From contig MU058718.1 of the NCBI GenBank assembly GCA_013265495.1, forward strand, positions 186,001 through 250,000: 64,000 bases of DNA, in the 5' to 3' direction. The DNA comes from Vicugna vicugna. Lineage: Eukaryota. This document shows positions 25,375-37,720 of the stretch, in pieces. Made by a program: the position numbers and the translations under genes. How positions within the stretch are numbered: the stretch's first letter is position 1; each line of letters begins with the position of its first letter. The notes under the pieces were generated by a model. The model saw nothing but the letters and a program-made list of their open reading frames with translations. It had not been told where the DNA came from and did no database searches.

Positions 25375-25502
25375 GGGGGAGGATATAGCTCAGGGTTAGA
25401 GTGTGTGTTTAGTACACATGAGATCCTAGGTTCAATCCTCAGTACCTATATTAAAATAAATAAGTAAATAAATCTAATTCCCCTCCCTGCAAAACAAACA
25501 AA
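25375..25502 (+). mobile_element. Camelid tRNA-Ala SINE, long form
   Basis: tRNA-like head, with perfect 14-bp TSD AAGTGATGGTCCAG (25361-25374 and 25503-25516). Confidence 0.95.
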
Positions 25503-26619
25503 AAGTGATGGTCCAGATAAGACCCCAGTAGCCTACCAGTCACAGATGTGGGAACACCACGTCTAAAGCTAGAGGTTGGGGCTTCTTAGAGGACCAGGAG
25601 AACTAACATCCATACTTAAGAGACTAGAAGCCAAGCAGCAATGCTGCCTCAAGAAATGGAATGAAAAGAAAATCACAAAAGCAGAATGTAAGTTTGCATA
25701 TCGCACTAATGGTTATAGCACAAGAGGAATTAAATCCACCTGAGAATTGTGCTGCATTCAAATACAAAAATACAATAGGCAAAAGGAAAGCAGCTCATTA
25801 CACATACATAAACACAGACTCCATCCCCAAGCCCATCAATCCTTCTTCCTGCTCTTAGTATAAAATTGGAACTCTTTATTATAGTGCATTATGATCAAAC
25901 ACGTTCCCTTCCTCAGTCTCTCTCCATTCTGCTCCTTAGCTGAAATGTTAACCTCCTCTGAGAGCTTTCTCTAACCCTCCTGTGCAGTATTTCAGCCTTG
26001 TCACTTTCCTTCACAGTACCCACACCTGATACATAATGGGCACCTGGTAAATATCTGTTGAACTATTTAAAATATTCATAATTTTCTCACCAAACAATTT
26101 AATCCAGGATGCAAATGTTCATCATCAATGGATGATGAATAAAAGCAACATGAGTAGAAAGTCTTGAACATTAGAAATAGGACCAGAATAAAAGCAGAAT
26201 CCAAGAATATGAGCAAAAGTAGGAACATTTGAACCCCTATAGAAACCAACCAACCAGTCATGATTTTGGTGCTTCAATACAGGTTACCCTTGATTAAAAT
26301 TTCTGGTTCACCAATTGATTGATTATAAGGATATTTATATTTTCCATCTGGCAATTAGACAGGAATTAGCATTCTTTGGGTAATACTAAGTAACTCATTC
26401 TTGCATCTTTCATATTTTTAGTAAGGCCCCGGTATGTTTGTTGAAAAATGGCAAGAAAGAAAATGGCTGGGGCAGGGAGGAGTCACTGCCCATTGGCTGT
26501 CTATCAAATAGTAATTCCCCTTTTCTTCCTTGCTAACAGAACCCTGAACTTGGGCACCGTCTCTGTGCTTCATGGGATGTGGGCCCAGACCCATGGGGTG
26601 AAGAATGATTGACTTAAGC

Positions 26620-26847
26620 TAGTGGTTCTCAAGGGGGTGACTGATCCTGTCCTTCAGAAGACATTCAGCAATGTCTGGAGACATTACTGATTGTCGCAAC
26701 TTGGGCAGGGGAGGGAAGGTGCTATTGGCATCTAGTAGGGGGAGGCCAGGGATGCTGCTCAATATCCTACACTATACAGTTCAGCACCCTCACCACAAAG
26801 AATTACCCCTCCCTAGATGCCAAAGGTGCCAAAGTTGAGAAACATTG
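26620..26847. mobile_element. MER20 (hAT-Charlie)
   Basis: agtggttctcaa..gcaatgtctggagacatt..tggcatctagt..gaggccagggatgctgct..aagaatta..gttgagaaac. Confidence 0.92.
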
Positions 26848-28381
26848 TGCTAAAGTAGTCAGTGTGGTCCCAAAGTTCTTGTCAGGGATTGATTCAGGCA
26901 CATGTGTGTGATGCAAACCTAACCAATAAAATGCAACGGGAAGTTTACTGAGATACTTCTGGAAAAGGTTTTTCTTTTTTTTTTATTTTTAAAAAAATGT
27001 TTATCAAAGTATAGTCAGTTTACAATGCATCAATTTCTAGTGTACAGCATAAAATGTTTCAGTCATACATATGCATACATATATTGGTTTTCATACTCTT
27101 TTAATTATAGGTTACTACAAGATATTGGATAGAGTTCCCTGTGCTATACAGAAGAAACTTGTTTATCTATTTTATATACAGTAGTTAGTATCTGCAAATC
27201 TTGAACTCCTAGTTTACCCCTTTCCACCCTCTTTGCCCCTGGTAACCGTTAGTTTCCTATGTCTGGAAGTCTGTTTCTGTTTTAGATAAGTTCATTGTGT
27301 CTTCTTTTCTCTTTTTTTAGATTCCACATATGAGTGACATCGTATGCTATTTTTCTTTCTCTTTCTGGCTTACTTCACTCAGAATGACAGTCTCCAGGTA
27401 TATCCATGTTGCTGCAAATGGCATTATTTAACTCTTTTTATGGCTAAGTAGTATTCTAGTGTGTGTGTGTGTACACCATAGCTTCTTTATCAAGTCATCT
27501 GTCGGACATTTAGGTTGTTTCCACCTCCTGGCTATTGTATATAATGTTGCTATGGACATTGGGGTGCATGTATCTTTTCTAATTAGCATTCCCTTCACAT
27601 ATATGCCCAGAAGTGGGATTGCTGAATCATAGGTTAAGTCTATTTTTAGTTTTTTGAGGAATTTCCATACTGTTTTCCATAATGGATATTTAATAATTCA
27701 TATTGAGCATTTTTTTCATGTGCCTATTGGCCATTTGTCTGTCTCCATTGGAGAATTGCTTATTTAGTTCTTCTGCCCATTTTGGATTGGGTTGTTTAGC
27801 TTTTTGTTATTAAGCTGTATGAGCTGTTTATATATTCTGGAAATTAAGCCCTTGTCAGTTGCATCATTTGCAAATACTTTCTCTCATTCTGTAGGTTGTC
27901 ATTTTGGTTTGTTTATGGTTTCCTTTGCTGTGCAAAAGCTTATATGTTTAATTAGGTCCCATTTGTTTATTTTTGCTTTTATTTCTATTGCCTGGGTCGA
28001 CTGCCCTAGGAGAACAGTGCTAAGATTTATGTCAGAAAATGTTTTGCCTATGTTTTCTTCTAGGAGGTTTATAGTGTCTTGACTTACGTTTACGTCTTTA
28101 AGACATTTTGAGGTTTTTTTATGTGTATGGTGTGAGGGACTATTCTAACTTCATCGATTTACATGCTGCTATCCAGTTTTCCCAACACCACTTGCTGAAG
28201 AGACTGCCTTTTCTCCATTGTATATCCTTGCCTCCTTTGTCAAAGGTTAATTGACCATAAGTCTGTGGGTTTATTTCTGGGCTCCCTATTCTGTCCCATT
28301 GATCCGTTTGTCTATTTTTGTGCCAATATCATGCTGTTTTGATTTCTGTAGCTCTGTAGTATTGTCTAGAGTCTGGGAGGG

Positions 28382-28648
28382 TTATTCCTCCAGCTTGTTC
28401 TTTTTCTTCAGTATTGCTTTGGCAATTCTGGGTCTTTTGTGATTCCATATAAATTTTAGGATTATTTGTTCTAGTTCTGTGAAAAATGTCATCGGTAATT
28501 TGATAGGGACCACATCAAATCTGTAAATTGCTTTTGGTAGTATAACCACTTTAATAATATTAATTCTTCTAATCCAAGAGCATGGAATATCTTTCCATTT
28601 CTTTAAGTCATCTTTAATTTCCTTAATCAATGTTTTGTAGTTCTCCAT
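28382..28648 (-). pseudogene. L1 ORF2 fragment (post-RT region)
   Basis: [34 protein letters not shown]...[13 protein letters not shown]. Confidence 0.95.
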
Positions 28649-29146
28649 GTATAAATCTTTCTCCTCCTTGGTCAGATTTATTCCTAAGCATTTTATTTTT
28701 TTGGATGTGATTTTAAAAGGGATTGTTTCTTTACTTTCTTTTTCTGATATTTCATTGCTAGTGTAAAGAAATGCAACTGATTTCTGTGTATTAACCTTAT
28801 ATCCTTCTTATATATTCTTTTATCGGCTCTAGTAGTTTTTGTGTGGAGCTTTCAGGGTTTTCCATATATAGTATCATGTCATCAGCATATAGTGACAATT
28901 TTACCTCTTCTCTTGAAATTTGGATTCCTTAGATTTCTTTTTCTTGCCTGACTGCTAAGGCTAGGGCTTCCAATACTATATTGAATAGAAGTGGTGAGAC
29001 TGGCCATCCTTGTCTTGTTCCAGTTTTTAGTGGGAAGGCTTTCAACTTTTCACTGTTGAGTATTATGCTGGCTGTGGGTTTGTCATAAATAGCTTATATT
29101 ATGTTGAGATATGTTCCCTCTATACCCACTTCGGTAAGAGTTTTTA

Positions 29147-29647
29147 TCATAAATGGGTGTTGAATTTTAGCAAATGCTTTTCTGCATCTATTGAGATGAT
29201 CATGTGATTTTTGTCCTTGTTGTTGTTGTTGAGGTGGTGTACCACATTAATTGATTTGTGTATGTTGAACCATCCTTGTGTCCCTGGGATGAATCCGACT
29301 TGATCATAGTGTATGATCTTTTTTATGTGTTGCTGGATTCTGTTTGCTAATATTTTGCTGAGGATTTTTGCATCTATGTTCATCAACGATATTGGTCTGT
29401 AATTTTTTTCTTTTTGGTAGTGTCTTTGTTTAGTTTTGGTAGTGTCTTTGTTTGGTTTTGGTATCAGGGTGACAGTGGCTTCACGGAATGAGTTTGGGAG
29501 TGTTCCCTCCTCTTCAATCTTTTCTAAGAGTTTGAGAAGGATTGGTATGAGTTCCTCTTTGTATGTTTGGTAGAATTTCCCAGCGAAGCCATCTGGTCCT
29601 GGAATTTTGTTTGCAGGGAGGTTTTTTAATTGTTGATTGTATTCCAC
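29147..29647 (-). pseudogene. L1 ORF2 reverse transcriptase fragment
   Basis: [35 protein letters not shown] and QVGFIPG.QGWFNI.KSIN motifs. Catalytic YADD is encoded downstream at 28889-28878, outside this ORF. Confidence 0.95.
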
Positions 29648-30996
29648 TTCTAGTGATCAGTCTGTTCAAATTACCTATTTCTTCTTCATTCAGGTTTGGT
29701 GGACTCTGTTTCTATAAACCTGTTGGGAAAGGTTTTTCTTACCTTAAAAAAAAAAAGGACATTCGTTTTCTGTTGAAATGCATTACTTTCCTAAATAAAA
29801 TTACATTGAAGAACAATGAAAGAGAGAAACACACAAGAAGAAATAGTTCTTCATCTGCTGCTAGATGTCTGCTTACAGTGTCTGGTACTGCACCTGCCAT
29901 CTTAGAACCATCTTATTAGCTGAAGAGAACATAAGAAGATGGCAAAACAGAAAGATGGAAATTACTTGTATCCTTGATGATATCATTGAACTTCTGATGA
30001 AACCAATCCTTAAGACTTCTTTTTATATGAGATAATAAATTATATTACTGTTTAAGGCACTTATAGGAGTTTCTCAAAAATTTTGAAAGTAGCTGAAAAT
30101 ATCCTGATACACATTATATGTGTATTTGGGGCCTGGAGATCATTGTATAGGAAATAAAATGGTAGGGGGAGACACAAACCTACCTCTTTGGGAGCAAGTG
30201 CTACTATAATAAAGTAATTTTGTTTTGCTTCCTTCTGGAATAGTCTTAAACTAATGATACTAGAAATTGATAAAAATTTCAGAGGGAAAAGAATCTTTGT
30301 GAATGCATATCTGTGTTCTCTAAATAAATGAGTTTCTTTAAGAAAATGATATTTTTTAATCATTGAAATTTAAATTAGGGGAACCTGTAGCATCTGGCAC
30401 AAGACTAGCCAGCCTGTCCTTATTCTTCCTCAGCTCTAGCACATCTAATTCAAAGGCACCTGCTATTGCAATAGAGAGACTGCCTGCCAAAAGTAACCCA
30501 GTTACATCAGCTTGCTAAAATGGTCCAGGGTATAGATTTTGCTCAGAAGTGAGTTCTTTAAAACAAAAAAAATGCCACCAACTTATTCTGCAATTTTAGG
30601 ATTTGCTGACATTTTCTACTAGGCATAATTATGCTCTTAGTGCCAAGTCTTACTTTGAAATACCAAAGACATTTTTCAGAATATACAGAGCTCAGTTACC
30701 AGCATTTCCTTGCAAAATCATGTGTTTTACCAATTACTAATATACTAATATTACAATAATAAAGCTAGATATTTTCCTTGGAAAAGTGTACAGTGATTTG
30801 GATTTCTTTTGATTGCATGGACCCCATGATGCCACTGTATTAGAATTCACCACTACTCTAACAGAGAATCCCACTGACCTTTCACCATACCTCACTTTTT
30901 GCCCCTTCTTAAGACTCCTGGAATGTTTAATGCTTTTGTGTCTTCAGCAAGACACCTCTGGCCACCAACAGATACATGTATTATTAAAGCAAATTA

Positions 30997-31078
30997 AAGG
31001 GAGGTGAGTATAGCTCATGTTTAGCATGCATGAGGTCCTAGGTTCAATCCCCAGTAACTTCATTTTAAAAATTAAAAA
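30997..31078 (+). mobile_element. Camelid tRNA-Ala SINE, short form with internal deletion
   Basis: gtatagctca|tgtttagcatgcatgaggtcctaggttcaatccccagt, with TSD taaagcaaat (30985-30994 and 31079-31088). Confidence 0.9.
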
Positions 31079-33230
31079 TAAAGCAAATCGAGCCTGTTTT
31101 ATCCTTTCTTTAGATGCCCCTCCTCTCAGCAAAGCAAAAGGGTGCCTTCGGAGTTGGCATAATGACCTTGTAAAGGAGTGGGGGCATCAGATTGCTCCCT
31201 CTTGTTCAGAGTCACTCTAGGTTGCTTATCTTAGAGCCCCCATTTTCACACTCTGATTATATGCTCCTTAAGGCCTCATTCATTGCTCCTGTGGCTTTGC
31301 CATCTGTTCCTTTGACCGCTGCTGCCTTTCTCCAGCTTTTTGTGTATTTTCCTTCTCTCTTCTGCCTCCATCCCTACTAGACCCCCCCATATTTCTCAAC
31401 TTTCTTACTAAATGACTTGACTTTTATAGTCATCACTAGTCGAGAAGAAGACTCCCGTTGGTCAACCCAATGATACCACGCGAGTCCCTGACTACTGAGT
31501 GTAGGTTTGAATCTTCTCTCTTTCTCAGTGATTTCCATCATTCCCTGCTCCTCAGGGACTACTTCTGCATGGTTGCATGCATTATCTTCACACTTCCAGT
31601 CCTGGCAAAGATCTGGAGCTCCATTCTCTGAATAAAATCGATGTATGATGAATACATGTGGTAACAGTCTCATTCTTAAGTTCATTAAGTACTTCTTCAA
31701 AATGTCCTAAACATATTTTCACATATGGGTTATTCTGTATGTTGGCACATTGGAGTCTTAATTTCCTGCTTTGTGGAGGAAATTGTGCTCTGATAATAAA
31801 AGGCCTGTTGGAACATCATGGAAAAAAGTTGTCTTTCAAGTTCCAAAATCATTGATTAAGCCACTCTTTCTTTCAGAGGCATAAAATGAATAAAACCGGT
31901 GTTCTTCATTTTTTTACACGTTTGCTGTTGCTCTTATATTTGGGTGGCTATAGAGCTGGCCAGAGAAGGTGCAAGCCCCGTGGTTCACACAAACATGTTT
32001 TTCATCTATTGCAGTATCGTGACTCCTATGACTCTTTCCCCGAATCCCTAAGCAAAATTAGTCATCCTCTCCACCTATGATCTCTCTATACTTGGTTCCA
32101 CTTTTGCTACTTCACTTATAACATTTCAATGTAATTTATTATGTACAGAGCTTACCTTCTATGCTTTAAAGACACAAACCACTGATTTGTTGAATCAGTG
32201 AATGAATGAGCTATGAGAGCAATTTTATTGATTACATCAAAATATTCAGAGGTAAAAATATCTTTTCATTAAGTGCAGTGGTATTTGAATTGCCAAACTT
32301 GTCAATTTTACATAAGTGGAACTAAATTAAAGAGGGTGACCTTCTGCAGTGGTCATAGCTCTGTGAGCCTTCCCTGAGTAACTAGTCTTTGTGACAGAGT
32401 GCTGTAGGAGCAAATCTTGTTGGCCTTTCCAAACACTCGCGTTTTCCTCGGTGCCTTCTCAAAGGTAAAATGACTCACATGTTCCCTCCAGAGTGCCTGA
32501 TGCTATAAATTAACATTGGGGCTTATCCTGGATTGGACTATAATTTGTTCATTGCTGTTAAAGATTGAATTACTTGAATCTTCTTAACAATTATTAAATT
32601 ACATTTTAATGAGTTTGTGGCAAGTGTTGTTTTCTTATTTGTTTTCAAAGGACAATTTAATATTTGGGCAGCAGTTGAGCCTGCCAATTTTAAATTTTAT
32701 ATCAGTCGAGCTCCTCCCTCTCCTTTCTCCCCTGTCATTCTTATAAAACTGTCAGTCAAGTTTAAATCCAGAGCAGGATTGACTAGTACCTAATAAAAAA
32801 GGGGAAGGAGGAGAAAGAAGGGGAGGAGGAGGAAAAAGAAGACAAAGAAAAGAAGAAAGATGTTTTCAAACTCTTAAGAAAAAATACATTATTTTCATGT
32901 ACAACTTGCCCCTATTTATTAGAGGGAAAAAAAGAAGAAAATGGGGTCGGGACAAATAAGGGCTGGGCTAGGTGACTACATGGGAATATATTTATACAAT
33001 GTAATAAGAAACAGCAATACAATTGAATCATTTAGATCTATGTGTATAAACATGGATAATTCTCAGAAAACATTTACCTCCTGATAAAAGCAAGTTGCAA
33101 ATGGATACACACTCTGTGTTACCATTTATACAAATCTTTAAAACATGCAGATAAAACACAGACGACAATGCTAAATATTGCTTATTATGAAAAGCTACAA
33201 TCACAATAAATGTATAAAGGCATGGGTGAG

Positions 33231-33388
33231 GGGGGAGGGTATAAAGCTCAGTGGTAGAGTTTAATCCACAGTACCTCCTTTAAAATAAGTAAGTAAATAA
33301 ATAAACCAAATTACCTCCCCCTAAAACAAAAACAGAAAAGAAACAAACAAACAAACAAATAAATAAATAAATAAAGAAAATTAAAAAA
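33231..33388 (+). mobile_element. Camelid tRNA-Ala SINE (long form, deleted) within old L1ME (about 32900-33660)
   Basis: gggggagggtata..gctcagtggtagag..aatcc.cagtacctcc, then aaattacctcccc and an (AAAC)n(AAAT)n tail. Confidence 0.85.
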
Positions 33389-34847
33389 TAAAAGACATAG
33401 GTGAGAAGAGTCCAAAACAACTTCAGAATAATAGTTACTTCTGAGGAGAAAGGGAGAAGAAACTATTAGAAAGAGGCACAAAGAAAAATTCAATCATGTC
33501 AGTAACATTTTATTTATTTAGGACAGAAAATATCTGAACCAAATATAGTTGGTTCACTATTAATATTTTTAAAAATCTAAATGGTGAATACCCAGGTGTT
33601 TGTAAAATTACTCGGGTTTTTTTTTTTTTGAAAATTAGATGTATTTCATAAACATAACAAGTAAAAGCAAATTTTTCACTTGAAAATTTTAGAAGTTGTG
33701 ATGTGACAGATACTCTTGGGAAGAAAACCAATTAACTTACATTTTACCCATAGATAATATTGATGCAAAGCAAAAAACCTTTGGTTCAATCCTTTCTTCT
33801 CCTCTAATCCCAAGCATTTATGAAACATAGACGCTATCAGTGAAACATGCAAAAGTCTTACTGTACAAAAATGATTATTCTTTGTTAAGTGGAGGAAATG
33901 AAGTTAAGATGTCCGCCTTTACTTACCCTAGCATTACTGCTCTATTTTTCCAGTGAGAAAACAATAACAACTCTCAGGCATTTATAAGCCACCTGGAATT
34001 TGAACTCTAGAGGCAAATGCTTCCGTAATGCTATTAAAAGCAACACAGAATTGGCAGTGAGACAGAGTATCAAAGTTCTCTTCTCATTTCTAAATCATCC
34101 TCCCATCTGCTTCTCTTCTGGTTGGTTTCATACCCTCCAGTGCTGTACACAAACAAAGCACAGAAATATATGACTAACCTATTATGCAGTATCGTTCAAT
34201 GACTAAGCTCTGTGGAGGACACAGGGAGCCAAGATGCACATAAGGAGACACCCACACAATTCCATCACATGTGTTTATGGAGCTGTGGCAAAGGCGCTGC
34301 CTATGGTCACCTCACCAAGTGCCCAAACCTTTCACCTTCATGATTCATGTAGAATTAATTTCAAGCATATTGTAAGGGCTTAGGAAGCCTCAGTAGGCTC
34401 TAAACAGCTTCATCTAAACAGCTTTAATGATTAATCATTAAAACCTTTTACTTTTGTCTGAAAGATTTAAAAGTCTTATAAGAAAAAGAAAAGGTCCTAC
34501 TTATTTTAAATGCGTTAGTGCCAACAACTTACGTCAAAAGCAGCATGCAACATAAAGAAACCATCCTGTGATAATGTTAGATAGCTGATGGGAAGCAGAG
34601 CTGGTTAACACCCAAGCATCCTCCTCCTGGAGGGACTGTCAACTGAGAAAAGCCCAAGGCTCTGTGCAAGGCATTCCACAGTCTTCTCACTGTTTACTTG
34701 CCTCAGGGAGAGAGGTCCCAAGAGATGAGAACTCACAACTTGATAAGGTAGATTTATTTTTCCTTAAAGAAGTATTAAGGAAACATCTAAAGGTCTCTTG
34801 CACAATTAACAGATCAGACAAAGCCTGGCTTGAAAGTATTTATAGGC

Positions 34848-35001
34848 AGTGGTCTGAACTTTGGCTATTCATTAGAATCACCTCGGGAGCTTTTAAAGCG
34901 TAGGATGCCAAGGTGCCACCCAGACCAACTGAATCAGAATCTCTAGGAAGAGGAGCCCAGCCATTCGTGATTCTGATGCACAATGAAGTTAAGAATTACT
35001 G
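34848..35001. mobile_element. MER5-type hAT, followed by a MER63-like fragment (about 35015-35185)
   Basis: ttagaatcacct.gggagctttt..cccagacc.actgaatcagaatctct..gtgattctgatg and ccaatttcaa.ctac..ggaaagagatg. Confidence 0.8.
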
Positions 35002-36099
35002 CCACAGGGCTAGGGATCTGCTGGTAAACTGGGGTAGGTTATTCCAGGGAGCTCTGATTTAAAGCATGTGCCTATTTCTTGGTGTAAATACTCCTACTTT
35101 AGCCAATTTCAATCTACTAATGTGAAGAGATTATGCGGAATTGGAAAGAGATGTGCATAATCTGCAAAATAACCAACTTCTGAGGATATCACTCTTAGGG
35201 GCTTTTCATGATGAAGTTACAGCTTGGGTTGAGAAAGCAGCATTTTAAGTTCCCAGGCTTTTTTACATGCCACAGGACCTTAAGTCAGAGTTCGTCTTCT
35301 CAATTTAGAGAATATGAGGAAAAACTAACATTATATTAAACAATGATTTATCTACTATTTCATCAGTTTTCACTTGTTTCATTCTATTTTTTAACCAAAT
35401 TTAATTTTTTAAAATATCAGACTTAGAACTATATCTTTTCCCAATTTACTAGTAATTATTATTTGAAATTAGGTCATTTTTGAAGTGGTAATTTCTTTAG
35501 ACTTATCAATCTCATAATTAGAGTAAACTCAGTCTTTGGCATATGGAAATAAACTCAGTTTCAAATGTTTCTGTTCGACATCTTGTATGAGACTGTTACA
35601 ACAGTTTATGTTATGGGAGACTCGTTAAGCAGAAACAACTAAAATGTCCTTATACCATCTAGAAATAGAAGAAAAGGAACCTATTCACCTGTGAAAAGTC
35701 ATTTTTAAGTAAATAGCATTTATAAAACCCTGTCCTGTGAATTATAATCCTACCAAGCTTATCTCTGACCAAGTGTATAATCACTTAACTATAGCAGAGA
35801 AACTAAATGAGAGAAAACTCGAAGTCACATTGTAAGAGGGACCAAAAAAATGCTATTTCTGGATCTACAGAAGAGATTTGTTTAACACTACCAAAAAAAT
35901 AAGATGCACTATTTAGAAATCAAATAAAATGGAGACAGTTTACTAATAAGGTTCACATTTGTGTAGTGTACATTTAGAAAACCTAAGAATTATAGTCCTA
36001 TTAAGTTTCTATTTGAGCTACTGTATAATCAGTTAAACAATAAAACTGAAAGGGGAAAAAAGTAAAAAATTATTTTAGAATACAAAAACTCGTGTTTCT

Positions 36100-36589
36100 C
36101 ATGAAAAAAATGCTCAATATTGCTAATTATCAGAGAAATGCAAATCAAAACTACCATGAGGATCATCTCAAACCAGTCAGAATGGCCATCACTCAAAAGT
36201 CCGCAAGTGATAAATGCTGGAGAAGGTATGGAGTAAAGGGAACCCTCCTACACTGCTGGTGGGAATGTAGTTTGGTGCAGCAATTATGGAAAATAGTATG
36301 GAGATTCCTCAAAAAATTAAAAATAGACCTACCATATGATCCAGCAATCCCACTCCTGGGTATATATCCAGAAAGAACTCTAATTCGAAAAGATACATGC
36401 ACCCCAGTGTTCATAGCAGTACTATATATACTAGCCAAGACATGGAAGCAACCTAAATGTCCAGTGACAGATGACTGGGTAAAGAAGTGCTGTATATTTA
36501 TACAATGAAATACTACTCAACCATAAAAAGGATAAAAGAATGCCATTTGCAGCAACATGGATGGACCTGGAGATCGTCATTCTAAGTGA
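36100..36589 (+). pseudogene. L1 ORF2 C-terminal fragment, truncated at both ends
   Basis: [39 protein letters not shown] (ORF 36092-36508). There is no 3' UTR end or poly(A). Confidence 0.95.
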
Positions 36590-36909
36590 ATCCTTTGTGC
36601 TCCCAGGACCCCACCAGCTCCCACAGACTGCAGAGAAAACTCATGAGCATCTGGCCCAGAAGCAAACCAGTGGCTGGCAACAGGCGCAGACCTCGACAGC
36701 AGTGGGGAAAAAGTGCTAGGGAAACAGTGGCCAATGTCTCTCCCTTTCCTGAGTAAACATTTTATTCTGAGACTTGGAGGCCTTATCCTACTCACAAAGC
36801 TCACAGAAAACTCCCTATTCTCAGCTCCCCTCCTTGGTTTGTGCCTGGCTGGCCTTTGAATGTCCTTCGCTAATTTTACCTTTAAAAGGAAGAAACAAGG
36901 CATATTTTC

Positions 36910-37032
36910 TTTGTGTGTTTTTTTTAGTTAGGTTTACTTATTTATTTATTTTTGGAGGAGGTACTGGGAACTGAACTCAGGACCTTGTGTCTGCTAAGCA
37001 TGTGCTCTACCACTTGAGCTATACCCTCCTCT
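36910..37032 (-). mobile_element. Camelid tRNA-Ala SINE
   Basis: Reverse-complement head, with perfect 15-bp TSD ACAAGGCATATTTTC (36895-36909 and 37033-37047). Confidence 0.95.
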
Positions 37033-37339
37033 ACAAGGCATATTTTCAAAGTCTTCACATTTCAAGAATGTGCAGCCCAACTGGGATCATGCTTTCTTTA
37101 AAGCATGATTTTCAAATGATTCCCATACACAGCCACGAAATGACTGATGACACAGAAGCCCTGTGGGTGCTCAAGATTCTCAGAGCGAGAATCTTAGGGG
37201 ATGTTGGGTGCTGGATGGAGTTCTCCTCTCAGTGGCAGGAGTATTGGGCCATGTCTGCATCTCCTCAATGCAGAGCCTGGTCCTTGAGTCATGGGGGACC
37301 CAGGCCTTCTCCAGCTCGATGACTAGCTCAATCTTGTTG

Positions 37340-37720
37340 ACAATGAAACTGTGGCTCAGCTGGGAACTGGCTGGTTTTAACTGGGCAGGGATGAGTGGGT
37401 CTGATGACCCCAGCTAGCCTTGCTTACACGCCTCAAGGTTACCTGGGGGGTGAGATGATCGGGGGTGAGCTGATCTGGGCTGATCTGGGCAGTGCTGCTG
37501 ATCTTGGCTAGATTTGCTCCTATGTCTTGGGGTCAGCAGATGTAGGATGGGCTGGGCCAGACTAGCTCAATTTATCTCCAGGTCACCTGGGAATCAGCTG
37601 ATGTAGATTAGACCCAGCTGTGCACTGGACTCTGCCCTACCTGTCTCATCTTCCTCCTAGAACAGCAGAAAAAGCCAGTCACAACTTCCCTTGGCAATGG
37701 CAGAGGCAAAAGAGAATCTT
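37340..37720 (-). mobile_element. MLT1-type LTR
   Basis: ctgctgatcttggct..ggggtcagc..ctgtctcatcttcctcc..tggcaatggcagaggcaaaagag. Confidence 0.6.

Larger units (their letters stand above)
26977..29723 (-). mobile_element. 5'-truncated cetartiodactyl/camelid L1 (RT domain to poly(A))
   Basis: Continuous ORF2/3' UTR homology, a T-rich tail at the left, and a 17-bp TSD tggaaaaggtttttctt / tgggaaaggtttttctt (26960-26976 and 29724-29740). Confidence 0.97.
26490..30060 (+). mobile_element. MLT1 LTR split by MER20 and a 2.75-kb L1
   Basis: MLT1 motifs at 26500-26615, 26850-26960 and 29840-30060 (cttccttgctaacagaaccc, gccatcttagaaccat, ccttgatgatatcattga, atgagataataaa). Confidence 0.7.

Noticed and set aside
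8970..26976. Similar target sites of two L1 insertions (gaaaaggttctttc vs gaaaaggtttttct), suggesting site specificity
   Set aside because: Only two cases, partly explained by the T-rich endonuclease preference. The other TSDs in the window are unrelated.
26977..29723. Reverse transcriptase as part of a novel RT system or an active element
   Set aside because: It is an ordinary 5'-truncated L1 with frameshifts and an internal deletion.
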